From positions 754,481-818,480 of the forward strand of contig JBAOHN010000008.1 of the NCBI GenBank assembly GCA_037045385.1: 64,000 nucleotides of DNA, read 5' to 3'. The DNA comes from Baekduia sp. (lineage in GTDB: Bacteria > Actinomycetota > Thermoleophilia > Solirubrobacterales > Solirubrobacteraceae). Below the pieces are notes generated by a model. That model saw only the letters and a program-made list of their open reading frames with translations, searched no databases and had not been told where the DNA came from. This document shows positions 12,614-21,897 of the stretch, piece by piece. The stretch's first letter is position 1. Every line of letters begins with the position of its first letter. Both the position numbers and the translations under genes were made by a program.

Positions 12614-14047
12614 CTATGTTCCGCAGTAGGTCACGACGAGGTCACCCGGTGCGCCGGGTTCGGCGTAGCGCTCTCGCCCCGGCTTCTCGTCGAACGGTTG
12701 CGTGACGACCCTGAGCAGCTCGCTGAACGGGTCGACGTCACCGGCAGTCGCCGCAGCGAGAGCGTCCTCGACGAGGTGGCTGCGCGGGATGTAGACGGGG
12801 TTGACGCGGTCCATCAGGCCGGCGTCGGGCCCGGCCTCGACCCAGCCGCTCGCCCACTCCGCCAGCTCGGGTGGCGGCCGGTCCCCGCGCGCGACCGCCG
12901 ACAGCCCGCGCAGCGTGCCCGTGTAATCGAGCTCCTGCGCGCGCATCAGGTCGAGCAGGTCGCGGATCAGCTCCTCGCCCTCGGCGGGCGCGGTGGCAAG
13001 CCCGAGCTTGCGGTACATCCCGGCGCGCCAATGCGTGCCGAAGGTCTCGGCGAAGCGGTCCAGCTCGGCGGTCGCCGCCGCGACGGCCTGGTCCGTGTCG
13101 CCCGCGATCAGCGGCACCAACGTCTCGGCGAGCCGGGCGAGGTTCCACTGCGCGACGCTCGGCTGGGCGCCGTATGCGTAACGGCCACTGTGATCGATTG
13201 AGCTGAACACCACCTGCGGGTCGAAGCGGTCGATGAACGCGCACGGGCCGTAATCGATCGTCTCGCCGGAGATCGTCGTGTTGTCGGTGTTCATCACACC
13301 GTGGACGAAGCCGGCGCTCATCCAGAGCGCGACGAGCCGCGCCTGCACCTCGCAGACCGACCGCAGCAACGCGAGGTAGGGGTCCTCCGCATCCGCGGCC
13401 GAGGGGTGGTGGCGGTCGATCGCCTCGTCGGCGAGGCGACGGACTAGACCGGGGTCGTCGTTCCGGGCTGCGTACTCGAAGCTGCCGACGCGCAGATGGC
13501 TCGCCGCCACCCGGGTCAGCACCGCGCCGGGCAAGTCGCCCTGCTCGCGCGCTACCTGCTCGCCGGTGACACAGACGGCGAGCGAGCGCGTGGTCGGGAT
13601 CCCGAGCGCGTGCATCGCCTCGCTGACGAGGTACTCGCGCAGCATCGGGCCGATCACGGCACGGCCGTCGCCGCCCCGCGCGAACACGGTTCGGCCGGAG
13701 CCCTTGAGATGGACGTCGACCAGATCTCCCGCAGGTGTCCTCAGCTCGCCGAGCAGCACGGCGCGGCCGTCCCCGAGCCTCGGAACCGGCATCCCGAACT
13801 GGTGGCCTGCGTATGCCTGGGCCACGGGGTGTGCGCCCGGCGGCTCGGCCGCACCGCTCAGAACATCGACCGTCGACTGCTCCTGCAGGGTTGCCGGGTC
13901 GAGTCCGAGCTCGAGGGCAAGCGGCGCGTTGAGCACGACCAGCCGTGGATCAGGGCAGGCCGCAGGGTGCCACGGTGCGCTCAGCTCCGGGAACCGGTCG
14001 GCGAACCGGGTGCTGAGCGGGAGCGGAGTCGGGCCGGCGAACGGCAC
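12614..14047 (-). CDS. selO: protein adenylyltransferase SelO (YdiU family)
   Basis: AGHQFG motif and kinase-like core. Start set to the in-frame GTG at 14045-14047, because the track extension to 14266 is antisense to the neighbouring protease signal peptide. A TTG at 14128 is not excluded. Confidence 0.8.
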   Translation of the reverse strand: MPFAGPTPLPLSTRFADRFPELSAPWHPAACPDPRLVVLNAPLALELGLDPATLQEQSTVDVLSGAAEPPGAHPVAQAYAGHQFGMPVPRLGDGRAVLLGELRTPAGDLVDVHLKGSGRTVFARGGDGRAVIGPMLREYLVSEAMHALGIPTTRSLAVCVTGEQVAREQGDLPGAVLTRVAASHLRVGSFEYAARNDDPGLVRRLADEAIDRHHPSAADAEDPYLALLRSVCEVQARLVALWMSAGFVHGVMNTDNTTISGETIDYGPCAFIDRFDPQVVFSSIDHSGRYAYGAQPSVAQWNLARLAETLVPLIAGDTDQAVAAATAELDRFAETFGTHWRAGMYRKLGLATAPAEGEELIRDLLDLMRAQELDYTGTLRGLSAVARGDRPPPELAEWASGWVEAGPDAGLMDRVNPVYIPRSHLVEDALAAATAGDVDPFSELLRVVTQPFDEKPGRERYAEPGAPGDLVVTYCGT

Positions 14048-14069
14048 GTCCTCACGGTACCCGCGCGCC

Positions 14070-14098
14070 TTGTGGACGACGCGTCCCCGAGCTACGGT
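14070..14098 (+). promoter_or_regulatory. candidate promoter TTGTGG-17nt-TACGGT for protease gene 14133
   Basis: Identical -35 hexamer and 17-nt spacing as upstream of the paralog at 16058. The -10 fits the actinobacterial TAnnnT pattern. Confidence 0.45.
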
Positions 14099-14132
14099 GC
14101 TGTGACAACGAGATCCAAGGGGGATCAAGGGG

Positions 14133-14765
14133 ATGAAGAACCGTTCGAGGCTGCGCCGGGGCGCGGCTGTCACATTCGCGGCGGCGTTCGGCGCCGCCGC
14201 ACTACCGGCGGCAAGCTCGGCGACGTACGTCGCGCAGACCTGCGCCTTCAGCAAGAAGGCGTTCACCGTCGGCTTTTCCTACGGGTTTCCGAAGGCGTAC
14301 CGCCCGGGTCCCGAGGCGGCGATCGCCGACTGGAGCAACCGCACGAAGGTCGACATCACGCTCGTCGCCTCGGGTGCGCCGGCCGACGTCACGATCTCGT
14401 GGTACAGCCTCGATTACGTCTTCCCGGGAGCACCCGGCAATGCGACGGCGCTCGGCAGGATGTCGGCGCCCTGCCCCTCGAACGGGACGGCGTGGATCGT
14501 GGTCGATGCCGACAACAGCCCGGCCTACCAGCACACCCAGGGCCAGATGACCGCGGTCGTCGCCCACGAGCTGGGCCATGTGCTCGGGCTCGCCGACAAC
14601 AACCAGACGAACGGCTTCTGCGAGGCCAAGGAGGGGTCGGTGACGGTCCGCCGGGCGAGGCCCGCGAACCTGATGAGCCCGGCCGGATTCGTCGGCAACC
14701 AGACCTGCGGGCCAATGTTCGCCACGCAGGGCGAGGTCGACGCGGTCAACGCGCTCTACAAGTAG
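14133..14765 (+). CDS. small secreted zinc metalloprotease, snapalysin-like (HExxHxxGxxD)
   Basis: Signal peptide MKNRSRLRRGAAVTFAAAFGAAALPAASSA, HELGHVLGLAD, Met-turn-like ..NLMSP.., C-terminus ..EVDAVNALYK. Confidence 0.8.
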   Translation: MKNRSRLRRGAAVTFAAAFGAAALPAASSATYVAQTCAFSKKAFTVGFSYGFPKAYRPGPEAAIADWSNRTKVDITLVASGAPADVTISWYSLDYVFPGAPGNATALGRMSAPCPSNGTAWIVVDADNSPAYQHTQGQMTAVVAHELGHVLGLADNNQTNGFCEAKEGSVTVRRARPANLMSPAGFVGNQTCGPMFATQGEVDAVNALYK

Positions 14766-14766
14766 C

Positions 14767-15948
14767 TCAGGGCCGCAGGACGACCTTGAACCACTCGTCC
14801 TTGTCCTTCTGGAAGCGCTCGTAGGCGTCGGGAGCGTCCGCGAGCGGGACGTGATGGGTGGCGAAGTCCTCGACGCCGAGGACGTCGTCACCGGTCACGA
14901 GCGGGAGCAGGTCGTCGGTCCAGCGGCGCACGTTGGCCTGGCCCATTCGGATCGTCAGCTGCTTGTCGAACATCGTCATCATCGGCATCGGGTCGAGCAT
15001 CCCGCCGTAGACGCCGGAGATCGACAGCGTGCCGCCGCGGCGGACGAGCTCGATTGCGAGGTGCAGCGCTGCCATCCGGTCGACGCCGGCGTGATCCATC
15101 AGCGGCTTGGCGAGCGCGTCCGGCAGCAGCCCGACCATCTGGTGAGCGATCTTGCCGACCGGGGCGCCGTGCGCCTCCATTCCGACCGCTTCGAGCACGG
15201 AATCGGGCCCGCGACCGCCGGTCAGTTCGCGCACGTGGGCGACGATGTCATCGCCGGCGCTGAGGTCGAGTCCCGTCACCCCGAGCGCACGGGCGCGCTC
15301 GATCCGGCCCTCGACGAGGTCGATGCCGATCACGTTCTCGATCCCGCGGTGCAGCGCGATCCGGCAGGCCATCTGCCCGATCGGTCCGAGGCCGAGCACG
15401 ACCAGCGAGCCGCCGGCGGGAACGTTCGCGTACTCGACACCCTGCCACGCCGTCGGCATCACGTCCGACAGGAAGAGGAAGCGATCATCCGGCGGGCCTT
15501 CGGGGACCTTGACCGGGCCATAGCCCGCTTGCGGGATCCGCAGGTACTCGGCCTGGCCGCCGGGCACCTGGCCGTAGAGCTTCGTGTAGCCGAACAGGGC
15601 GGCACCGGAACCCTGCTCGTGGACCTGCGTCGTCTCGCACTGCGTCTGCAGGCCCTGGTCGCACATGAAGCAGTGGCCGCAGGAGATGTTGAACGGGACC
15701 ACGACGCGGTCGCCGACCCTCAGCTCGCCGGCCTCCGCACCGACCTCCTCGACGATGCCCATCGGCTCGTGGCCGAGGATGTCGCCGGCCTCCAGGTACG
15801 GGCCGAGCACCTCGTAGAGGTGGAGGTCTGAGCCGCACAGCCCGGTCGACGTGACGCGGATGATCGCGTCGGTCGGCTCCTCGATCCGCGGGTCGTCGAC
15901 CTCGTCGACGCGGACGTCGCGTTTGCCATGCCAGGTCAGTGCCTTCAT
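14767..15948 (-). CDS. zinc-dependent alcohol dehydrogenase (formaldehyde dehydrogenase-like)
   Basis: GHEPMGIVEEVG zinc signature, GLGPIG Rossmann motif, 393 aa. Confidence 0.85.
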   Translation of the reverse strand: MKALTWHGKRDVRVDEVDDPRIEEPTDAIIRVTSTGLCGSDLHLYEVLGPYLEAGDILGHEPMGIVEEVGAEAGELRVGDRVVVPFNISCGHCFMCDQGLQTQCETTQVHEQGSGAALFGYTKLYGQVPGGQAEYLRIPQAGYGPVKVPEGPPDDRFLFLSDVMPTAWQGVEYANVPAGGSLVVLGLGPIGQMACRIALHRGIENVIGIDLVEGRIERARALGVTGLDLSAGDDIVAHVRELTGGRGPDSVLEAVGMEAHGAPVGKIAHQMVGLLPDALAKPLMDHAGVDRMAALHLAIELVRRGGTLSISGVYGGMLDPMPMMTMFDKQLTIRMGQANVRRWTDDLLPLVTGDDVLGVEDFATHHVPLADAPDAYERFQKDKDEWFKVVLRP

Positions 15949-15991
15949 CGCCGGGGTATCCCCGGCCGCGGCCCGGCTGAATCAGAGCAAG

Positions 15992-16020
15992 TTGTGGGAT
16001 TGCCGATGCCTGGTTACGCT
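15992..16020 (+). promoter_or_regulatory. candidate promoter TTGTGG-17nt-TACGCT for protease gene 16058
   Basis: Same architecture as 14070-14098, followed by the conserved leader TGTGACA..CCAA(A)GGGGGAT. Confidence 0.45.
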
Positions 16021-16057
16021 CGTGTGACATCCAGGGGTCCAAAGGGGGATTTGAGAA

Positions 16058-16660
16058 ATGAAGAACCATTCGAGGCTGCGGCGGACCGCTGCCGTCACGT
16101 TCGCGATGACGGTCGGCGCTGCGGCTGTTCCGGCGGCAAGCTCGGCTGCCTGTCCGTTTCCGAAACTGGACTTGACCTGGGCGCGCGGCGTAGGTCTGAC
16201 CGACATGATGATCTGGAACACGACGGTCGCGATGAACGACTGGTCGGCCAGGACGAAGGTCAACATCACGGAGATCGGAGACCAGGCGAGGGCCGACATC
16301 GTCGTCAGCGCGGCCGATGTTCAGGTCTGGCCGATCGGGCAACCTGCGAACGTGAACGCGGTCACGGCACAGAAATGCCAGAACGGCAAGTCCGTCGGCC
16401 AGAAGACGATCGCGTTCGACAACAACCGTCCCGAGGTCTTCGGCTTCAACGACCGGGCACGTCGAACCGCGGCTCACGAGGTCGGGCACGCGCTCGGGCT
16501 CGAGGACAACAACCGGACGGAAGGGACGTGTGGGCCCGGCATCCCGAGGAACGTCACGATCATGACGATTCCTGCCAGTTACACGCCCAACGGCGGAGTC
16601 TGCGGTCCGACTCTCGCGGCGACCGACGACATCAACGGCGTCAACGCGATCTACAAGTAG
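16058..16660 (+). CDS. small secreted zinc metalloprotease, snapalysin-like (HExxHxxGxxD)
   Basis: Signal peptide MKNHSRLRRTAAVTFAMTVGAAAVPAASSA, HEVGHALGLED, ..VTIMT.., C-terminus ..DDINGVNAIYK. Confidence 0.8.
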   Translation: MKNHSRLRRTAAVTFAMTVGAAAVPAASSAACPFPKLDLTWARGVGLTDMMIWNTTVAMNDWSARTKVNITEIGDQARADIVVSAADVQVWPIGQPANVNAVTAQKCQNGKSVGQKTIAFDNNRPEVFGFNDRARRTAAHEVGHALGLEDNNRTEGTCGPGIPRNVTIMTIPASYTPNGGVCGPTLAATDDINGVNAIYK

Positions 16661-17220
16661 CCGGCTCGCGCGCCCGCGAGCAGCGCGCGCGTGATCGCTA
16701 CGACCTCGTCCCCGGACGGCTCGTCGCCGGCGACGAGCGACGGCCAGACCAGCGACATGCCGACATGGACAACCGAGCGCGCCGCTGCAGCGGCGCGCTC
16801 GGCGTCCTCCGGCATCGCTTCGGCGATCAGCTCGCGGACGTGGCGTTCGAGTTCCGACCGCGGTCCGCGTTCCTTGCCGACGAGCAGCCGCAGCGCGACC
16901 TCGGGCTCGCGGACCACGAAGTCGCGTAGCGACTCGACGGCGACCGCCTGCGTCACGAGCGAGCGGACCACGCTGACGACGAGGGCCTCACCGCGGCCGC
17001 GGGCTGCCGATCGCGCCTCGGCGAAGTACTCGCTGCTGAGCTCGCAGAGGACGCCGTCGATCAGATCCTCACGCGTTCCGTACCAGCGGTGGAGCGTGGT
17101 GCGGCCGATCCCGAGCTCGGCGGCGATCGCGCCCATGTCGATCCGCCGGCCATCCATGAACGCCTCGCGGGCGGCGGCCAGCGCGTCGGCGGCGACCGGT
17201 CTGCGGATCGTCTCGGCCAT
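16651..17220 (-). CDS. TetR family transcriptional regulator
   Basis: HTH ..MGAIAAELGIGRTTLHRWYGTRE.. ATG at 17218-17220 chosen. Divergent from the P450 gene. Confidence 0.8.
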   Translation of the reverse strand: MAETIRRPVAADALAAAREAFMDGRRIDMGAIAAELGIGRTTLHRWYGTREDLIDGVLCELSSEYFAEARSAARGRGEALVVSVVRSLVTQAVAVESLRDFVVREPEVALRLLVGKERGPRSELERHVRELIAEAMPEDAERAAAAARSVVHVGMSLVWPSLVAGDEPSGDEVVAITRALLAGARAGYL

Positions 17221-17261
17221 GACTTGGGACAGTCTCGCACAACGCCCCGAATGAAACAAAC

Positions 17262-17291
17262 TTGACATATGTTCCAGCGACGTGCGACTAT
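17262..17291 (+). promoter_or_regulatory. candidate promoter (TTGACA -35, GACTAT-like -10) and 8-bp palindrome ACATATGT; possible TetR operator
   Basis: TTGACA at 17262-17267. TAnnnT-like hexamer about 18 nt downstream, ending about 7 nt before the ATG at 17298. Confidence 0.3.
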
Positions 17292-17297
17292 CGCGGC

Positions 17298-18527
17298 ATG
17301 CCGCAGCTCGCCGACCGCCCCGTCAGCCAGATCGACCTCGGAGACCTCGAGCTCTGGGAGGGCGGGTTCCCGCACGACGTCTTCGATCGCATCAGGCGCG
17401 AGGACCCGGTCCACTGGAGCCCGATGGACAGCTGGCCCGGCGAGCCGGGCTTCTGGTCGATCACCCGACCTGAGGACATCCACGAGATCAGCCGCCGCTG
17501 GCAGGACTTCTCCTCGCAACGCGGCGGCATCGTGTTCACCGATCACGGCACGCCGATCGAGCTGCAGACGCAGATGTTCATCGCGATGGACCCGCCGCGC
17601 CACGACCGCATCAAGGCGCTGTTCCAGCGCGGCTTCACGCCGAAGCGGATCGGCGAGCACGAGCAGCGGATCCGCGAGATCGTGACGACGGTCCTCGACC
17701 GGCTCGAAGGCCGTGACGAGATCGACCTCGTCACCGAGCTGGCGACGCCGGTCGTCAGCCGCGTGATCGGCAGCTTCGTCGGCACGCCGGAGAAGGACGA
17801 CGCTGCCTGGTCTGAGTTCGCCCTGCGCGCGATGGCGTTCGGAGACGAGGACCTTCAGCCCGGCGGCATCGAGACCGTGATGCAGCAGATCCACAAGGCG
17901 TTCGAGGACGGCGGCAAGCTCGTCGCCGAGCGCCGCGAGCAGCCGGCCGATGACCTCACGAGCCTGCTCGTCACCGCCGAGGTCGACGGCGAGGGCCTCA
18001 GCGACGACGAGATCATCATGGGCTTCGCGCTGCTCCAGCTGGCCGGCAACGACAGCACCAAGGCGACCTTCACGAACGGCATGGTCGCGCTGCTCGAGAA
18101 CCGCGAGCAGTGGGACAAACTCGTCGCCGAACCGTCGCGGGCCGAGGTCGCGACCGAGGAGCTGCTGCGCTGGGCGCCCGCGTTCTCGCACTTCCGCCGC
18201 ACCGCGACCCGAGACGTCGAACTGCACGGCAAGCAGATCCGCGAGGGCGACAAGGTCGTCATGTGGTACCCGGCATCGAACCGCGACGAGGCGACGTACG
18301 AGTGCCCGCACCGCTTCGACATCGATCGTGGCGCCGACCACCAGGCGTTCGGCGCCGGCGGCCGCCACTTCTGCCTCGGCACGGCGCTCGCCCGGCTCGA
18401 AATCCGGGTCCTGCTCGAGGAGACCGCGAAGCGTTTCCCGGAGATGACGCTCGCCGCGCCGCCGGTGCCGATCCGGTCGCTGTTCCTCAACCAGCAGCGA
18501 GAGATCCGCGTGGCGCTCAGGGCCTGA
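17298..18527 (+). CDS. cytochrome P450
   Basis: Heme-binding loop FGAGGRHFCLG, EELLRW (ExxR). Start ATG at 17298 (the track TTG at 17262 is also possible). Confidence 0.9.
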   Translation: MPQLADRPVSQIDLGDLELWEGGFPHDVFDRIRREDPVHWSPMDSWPGEPGFWSITRPEDIHEISRRWQDFSSQRGGIVFTDHGTPIELQTQMFIAMDPPRHDRIKALFQRGFTPKRIGEHEQRIREIVTTVLDRLEGRDEIDLVTELATPVVSRVIGSFVGTPEKDDAAWSEFALRAMAFGDEDLQPGGIETVMQQIHKAFEDGGKLVAERREQPADDLTSLLVTAEVDGEGLSDDEIIMGFALLQLAGNDSTKATFTNGMVALLENREQWDKLVAEPSRAEVATEELLRWAPAFSHFRRTATRDVELHGKQIREGDKVVMWYPASNRDEATYECPHRFDIDRGADHQAFGAGGRHFCLGTALARLEIRVLLEETAKRFPEMTLAAPPVPIRSLFLNQQREIRVALRA

Positions 18528-19236
18528 TCGCCAGGAACACGAACGCGAGCGCCAGCGCGAGGTGAACGGCGCCCTGCTGCACCGTGGCGCGCCCGGGCAG
18601 CACCGTCAACGCGCCGACGAGCGCGCTGATCGTCAGCAGCACGATCTGCGTCTCGCCGAGGCCGAGCAGCAGCGGCCCGTCGAGCCAGATCGACGCGATC
18701 GCGATCGCCGGGATCGTCAGGCCGAGCGATGCCACGGCAGCGAACGCGAGCTGGGCCGGTGCGAACTCCGCGCCCGGACGGCTTGTCGTGAACGACGGCA
18801 GGACGAGCGTCAGTGTCGCGAGCGTCGCGACGCTCGTCAGCGCGGTCGCCGCACCCTCGGAGTTGAACTCGGCCTGGCCGTCACGGAGCGCGGCGACGAG
18901 CACCGACAGCCCGACGATGCCGTTGAGCGTGATCATCACCGCGGCGAAGACGGTGTCCCGGGCGAGCGTGTCGGCGGCCGGTCCGCCGGCGGTCATCAGC
19001 GCGACGATCAACCCGACCTCGATCACCGTGACCGCGACCGCGAGCACCAGTGAGCCGTACGGCTCGCCGGCGCGGTGGGCGATGAGCTCGGCGTGCTGGA
19101 CTGCGGCGACGACGCTCGTGGCGAGCAGGAGTCCGCCGAACACCAGCACCAGCGTCCCCGGCTTGCCGCCCCACGTCAGCGCGACGGCGGCGGCCCCGGC
19201 GAGCGGCGTCCAGGTCGTCCATGAGCGGAGCAGCAT
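18517..19236 (-). CDS. CaCA-family (Ca2+/H+ antiporter-like) membrane protein, unusually short
   Basis: Hydrophobic 239-aa ORF resembling ChaA/y4hA-type ionic transporters (..GEPYGSLVLAVAVTVIEV.., ..GLTIPAIAIAS..). Confidence 0.55.
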   Translation of the reverse strand: MLLRSWTTWTPLAGAAAVALTWGGKPGTLVLVFGGLLLATSVVAAVQHAELIAHRAGEPYGSLVLAVAVTVIEVGLIVALMTAGGPAADTLARDTVFAAVMITLNGIVGLSVLVAALRDGQAEFNSEGAATALTSVATLATLTLVLPSFTTSRPGAEFAPAQLAFAAVASLGLTIPAIAIASIWLDGPLLLGLGETQIVLLTISALVGALTVLPGRATVQQGAVHLALALAFVFLAIRP

Positions 19237-19273
19237 CCGCGGGGGAGGCTACCCCCGCGGACCGCCCGCTCGC

Positions 19274-19717
19274 TCAGGTCTCGGTTGTCGTCGTACTCGT
19301 CCCGGTCGGCGGGGTCGTCTGCTGCGGGACGGTTCCCTGCGGCGGGTTCGGCGGTGGGCCGTAACCGTTCGGCGGAGCGCCGCCCGGGCCGCCCTGGCGG
19401 CTGCCGTCCGGCCGGCTCGGCAGGTACTTGCGGCATGCCTTGAACGCCGCCTGCTGCTCCTCGGTCATCTGGGCCGGGCCGCCGCTGCTGGTTCCCGGCG
19501 GCTGGGCGCTCACGCCCCGGTTCTTCAGGCACGCTTCGAACTTCGCCATCTGCGCGCTGCTCTGGGTGGTGCCCGCCCGGTTCTGGCTCCCGCTCGCGGC
19601 AGCGGGCGGCGCCGAGCCGGTCGTGCCGCCGACCGAAGTGCCGCATGCCGCGAGCGGCAGCGTGCAGGCGACGGCGAGCGCCGCCAAAGCGTTCGTTCTC
19701 ATCAGCCGTCGGTGCAT
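19274..19717 (-). CDS. Pro-rich lipoprotein, hypothetical
   Basis: Lipobox-like ..TLPLAAC-G after the basic N-terminus MHRRLMRTNALAALAVA. Confidence 0.55.
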   Translation of the reverse strand: MHRRLMRTNALAALAVACTLPLAACGTSVGGTTGSAPPAAASGSQNRAGTTQSSAQMAKFEACLKNRGVSAQPPGTSSGGPAQMTEEQQAAFKACRKYLPSRPDGSRQGGPGGAPPNGYGPPPNPPQGTVPQQTTPPTGTSTTTTET

Positions 19718-19846
19718 GCCGGGAGGGAACCGCGCAACCCTGGGACGACGCCGAGACCCGGGCCAGAGATCGCCGAGAGGACGCGGGCGTGCGCGCGCCT
19801 GCCAGAAGCGTTACCGTGCCCGCGGCGCTCCCCGCCGCCCCCTGGC

Positions 19847-20953
19847 ATGGAAAGCGATCTGATCCTCATCGTTGTGGTCTGCGCGGCGCTCGCGTTCGAC
19901 TTCACCAACGGCTTCCACGACACCGCCAACGTCGTCGCCACGGCGATCTCGACACGAGCGATGCCGCCGAAGGTCGCGATCGCCGGCGCGGCGATCCTCA
20001 ACTTCGTCGGCGCGTTCCTTTCGCTCGAGGTCGCGGCGGTCGTCGCCAAGGGCGTCGTCGACGCCGAGATCATCACGATGAACATCGTCTTCGCCGGCCT
20101 GATCGGGGCGATCGTATGGAACATCGCGACTTGGTACGTGGGCCTGCCGTCGAGCTCCTCGCACGCGCTGATCGGGGGGCTCGTCGGTGCCGCGTTCTTC
20201 GCCAACGGGCCTGACGCGGTCCTCGGCGACGGCATCCTCAACAAGGTCCTGATCCCGGCGTTGCTCTCACCGGTGCTCGCGTTCGCGGTCGCCGGAGCGT
20301 CGGTGCTGATCTTCTACCGGGCACTCGGTCGCCGCCGGCCCGGCCCGGTCAACCGCGGTTTCCGTCTCGGCCAGGTGATCTCCGGGGGACTGCTCGCGAT
20401 CGCGCACGGCACCAACGACGGCCAGAAGACGATGGGCATCATCGCGCTCGCGCTGATCGCCCACGGCAGCCTCGGGCCGAATGCCGATCCGCCGACGTGG
20501 GTGATCGTCTCGGCGGCGACCGCGCTCGCCGCCGGCACCTGGGTCGGTGGCTGGCGGATCATCAACACGCTCGGCAACCGGATTCACAAGATGGACGCGG
20601 CGCAGGGCTTCGCCGCGCAATCAGGCGGCGCGGTCGTGATCCTGACGGCATCCCATCTCGGCTTCCCGCTGTCGACCACCCACACGATCTCCGGCGGCGT
20701 GATCGGCTCGGGCGCCGCGAAGAGCATCTCGACCGTCAAGTGGGGCGTCGCCGGCAACATGCTCGCCGCCTGGGTGCTGACGCTGCCGGCGGCCGGCCTG
20801 ACCGCCGGTGCCGTCTACGGGTTCACGCGCCTCTTCGGCGAGGGTGCCGCCGGTCCCGTGATCGTCTCTGCGATCGCGGTCGTGCTGCTCGCAGCCGCGT
20901 TCGTTCGCCGCGGCCGCGCCGGCCGCCCGACGACGATGGCGGCGCCGTCGTGA
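19847..20953 (+). CDS. pit: inorganic phosphate transporter (PiT family)
   Basis: NGFHDTANVVAT and HGTNDGQKTMG motifs. ATG at 19847 lies within a much longer spurious track ORF. Confidence 0.9.
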   Translation: MESDLILIVVVCAALAFDFTNGFHDTANVVATAISTRAMPPKVAIAGAAILNFVGAFLSLEVAAVVAKGVVDAEIITMNIVFAGLIGAIVWNIATWYVGLPSSSSHALIGGLVGAAFFANGPDAVLGDGILNKVLIPALLSPVLAFAVAGASVLIFYRALGRRRPGPVNRGFRLGQVISGGLLAIAHGTNDGQKTMGIIALALIAHGSLGPNADPPTWVIVSAATALAAGTWVGGWRIINTLGNRIHKMDAAQGFAAQSGGAVVILTASHLGFPLSTTHTISGGVIGSGAAKSISTVKWGVAGNMLAAWVLTLPAAGLTAGAVYGFTRLFGEGAAGPVIVSAIAVVLLAAAFVRRGRAGRPTTMAAPS

Positions 20954-21186
20954 CCGCCGTCGTCGACTTCCACGCGCTGTTCGAGGTCGTGTACGTCTCG
21001 CTGGCCCTGGGTCTGCTCGTCGCCGTGACGTTCTCGGCGATCCTTTACGGGGCGATCCGGTCGATGGACCTTCGGCGCGAGGGTCACGGTGCTGCGGCCG
21101 TCGGGCTCGCGTTCGTTGCCGCCGTCGCTGCAACCGGGTTGGCGGCGATCGTCGTCTACGGCTTCAACGTCATCACCACCAAATGA
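20950..21186 (+). CDS. small two-helix membrane protein (hypothetical), coupled to pit
   Basis: The GTG start overlaps the pit stop (GTGA at 20950-20953). 78 aa with two hydrophobic segments. Confidence 0.4.
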   Translation: MTAVVDFHALFEVVYVSLALGLLVAVTFSAILYGAIRSMDLRREGHGAAAVGLAFVAAVAATGLAAIVVYGFNVITTK

Positions 21187-21202
21187 CCAGAGGACACCTG
21201 TC

Positions 21203-21829
21203 ATGAGTCGTTTCTCGGAGATCTTCGTCTCGAAGGACCGCGCCTACTTCGACCTGTTCGAAGCAGCGGCGACGAACATGGCGCACGCCGCCGAGATGCT
21301 GAGCACGATGCTCGCCGACTACCCCGACAAGAAGCACCTCGTCGACGACATCCGCGCGACCGAGTCGGCTGGCGACAGCATCACGCATGATTTGATCAAC
21401 CGGCTGAACAACACGTTCGTGACGCCGATCGACCGCGAGGACATCATCGAGCTGGCGTCGTCGCTGGATGACATCACCGACTTCATCGAGGAGGTCGCCG
21501 ACTACCTCGGCCTCTACAAGATCGAGGCGCCGATGGAGCAGGCGCAGCGGCTCGCAGTGATCCTCCACCAGGCGGCGATCCAGATCGAGAAGGCGATGCC
21601 GCGGCTGCGCGACTTCAAGGACATGGACAAGTACACGGTCGAGATCCACCGGCTCGAGAACGAGGGCGACAAGGTTGTCCGCGAGGGGCTCGCCTCGCTG
21701 TTCGAGGGCGGGATCGACCCGATGGTCGTGATCCGCTGGAAGGACCTGTTCGGCCGGCTCGAAGAGGCGATCGACGCCTGCGAGCGGGTCGCGAACATCC
21801 TCAGCGGGATCGTGATCCGCAACAGCTAG
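21203..21829 (+). CDS. DUF47 (PhoU-like, Pit accessory) protein
   Basis: ..TPIDREDI..SLDDITD..LENEGD.. typical of the DUF47/YkaA family. ATG at 21203. Confidence 0.85.
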   Translation: MSRFSEIFVSKDRAYFDLFEAAATNMAHAAEMLSTMLADYPDKKHLVDDIRATESAGDSITHDLINRLNNTFVTPIDREDIIELASSLDDITDFIEEVADYLGLYKIEAPMEQAQRLAVILHQAAIQIEKAMPRLRDFKDMDKYTVEIHRLENEGDKVVREGLASLFEGGIDPMVVIRWKDLFGRLEEAIDACERVANILSGIVIRNS

Positions 21830-21897
21830 TTCCGGGTCGTGACCGAGAAGCGACGAGCCGCAGCGTCGCGAGATGCGAAGCACAACGACCCGCTCGA

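Noticed and set aside
17061-18368. 435-aa minus-strand ORF
   Set aside because: It is antisense to the cytochrome P450 gene, which has clear signature motifs.
18584-19846. 5' 421 codons of the 789-aa plus-strand ORF
   Set aside because: It runs antisense to the CaCA and lipoprotein genes. The Pit homology starts only at the ATG at 19847.
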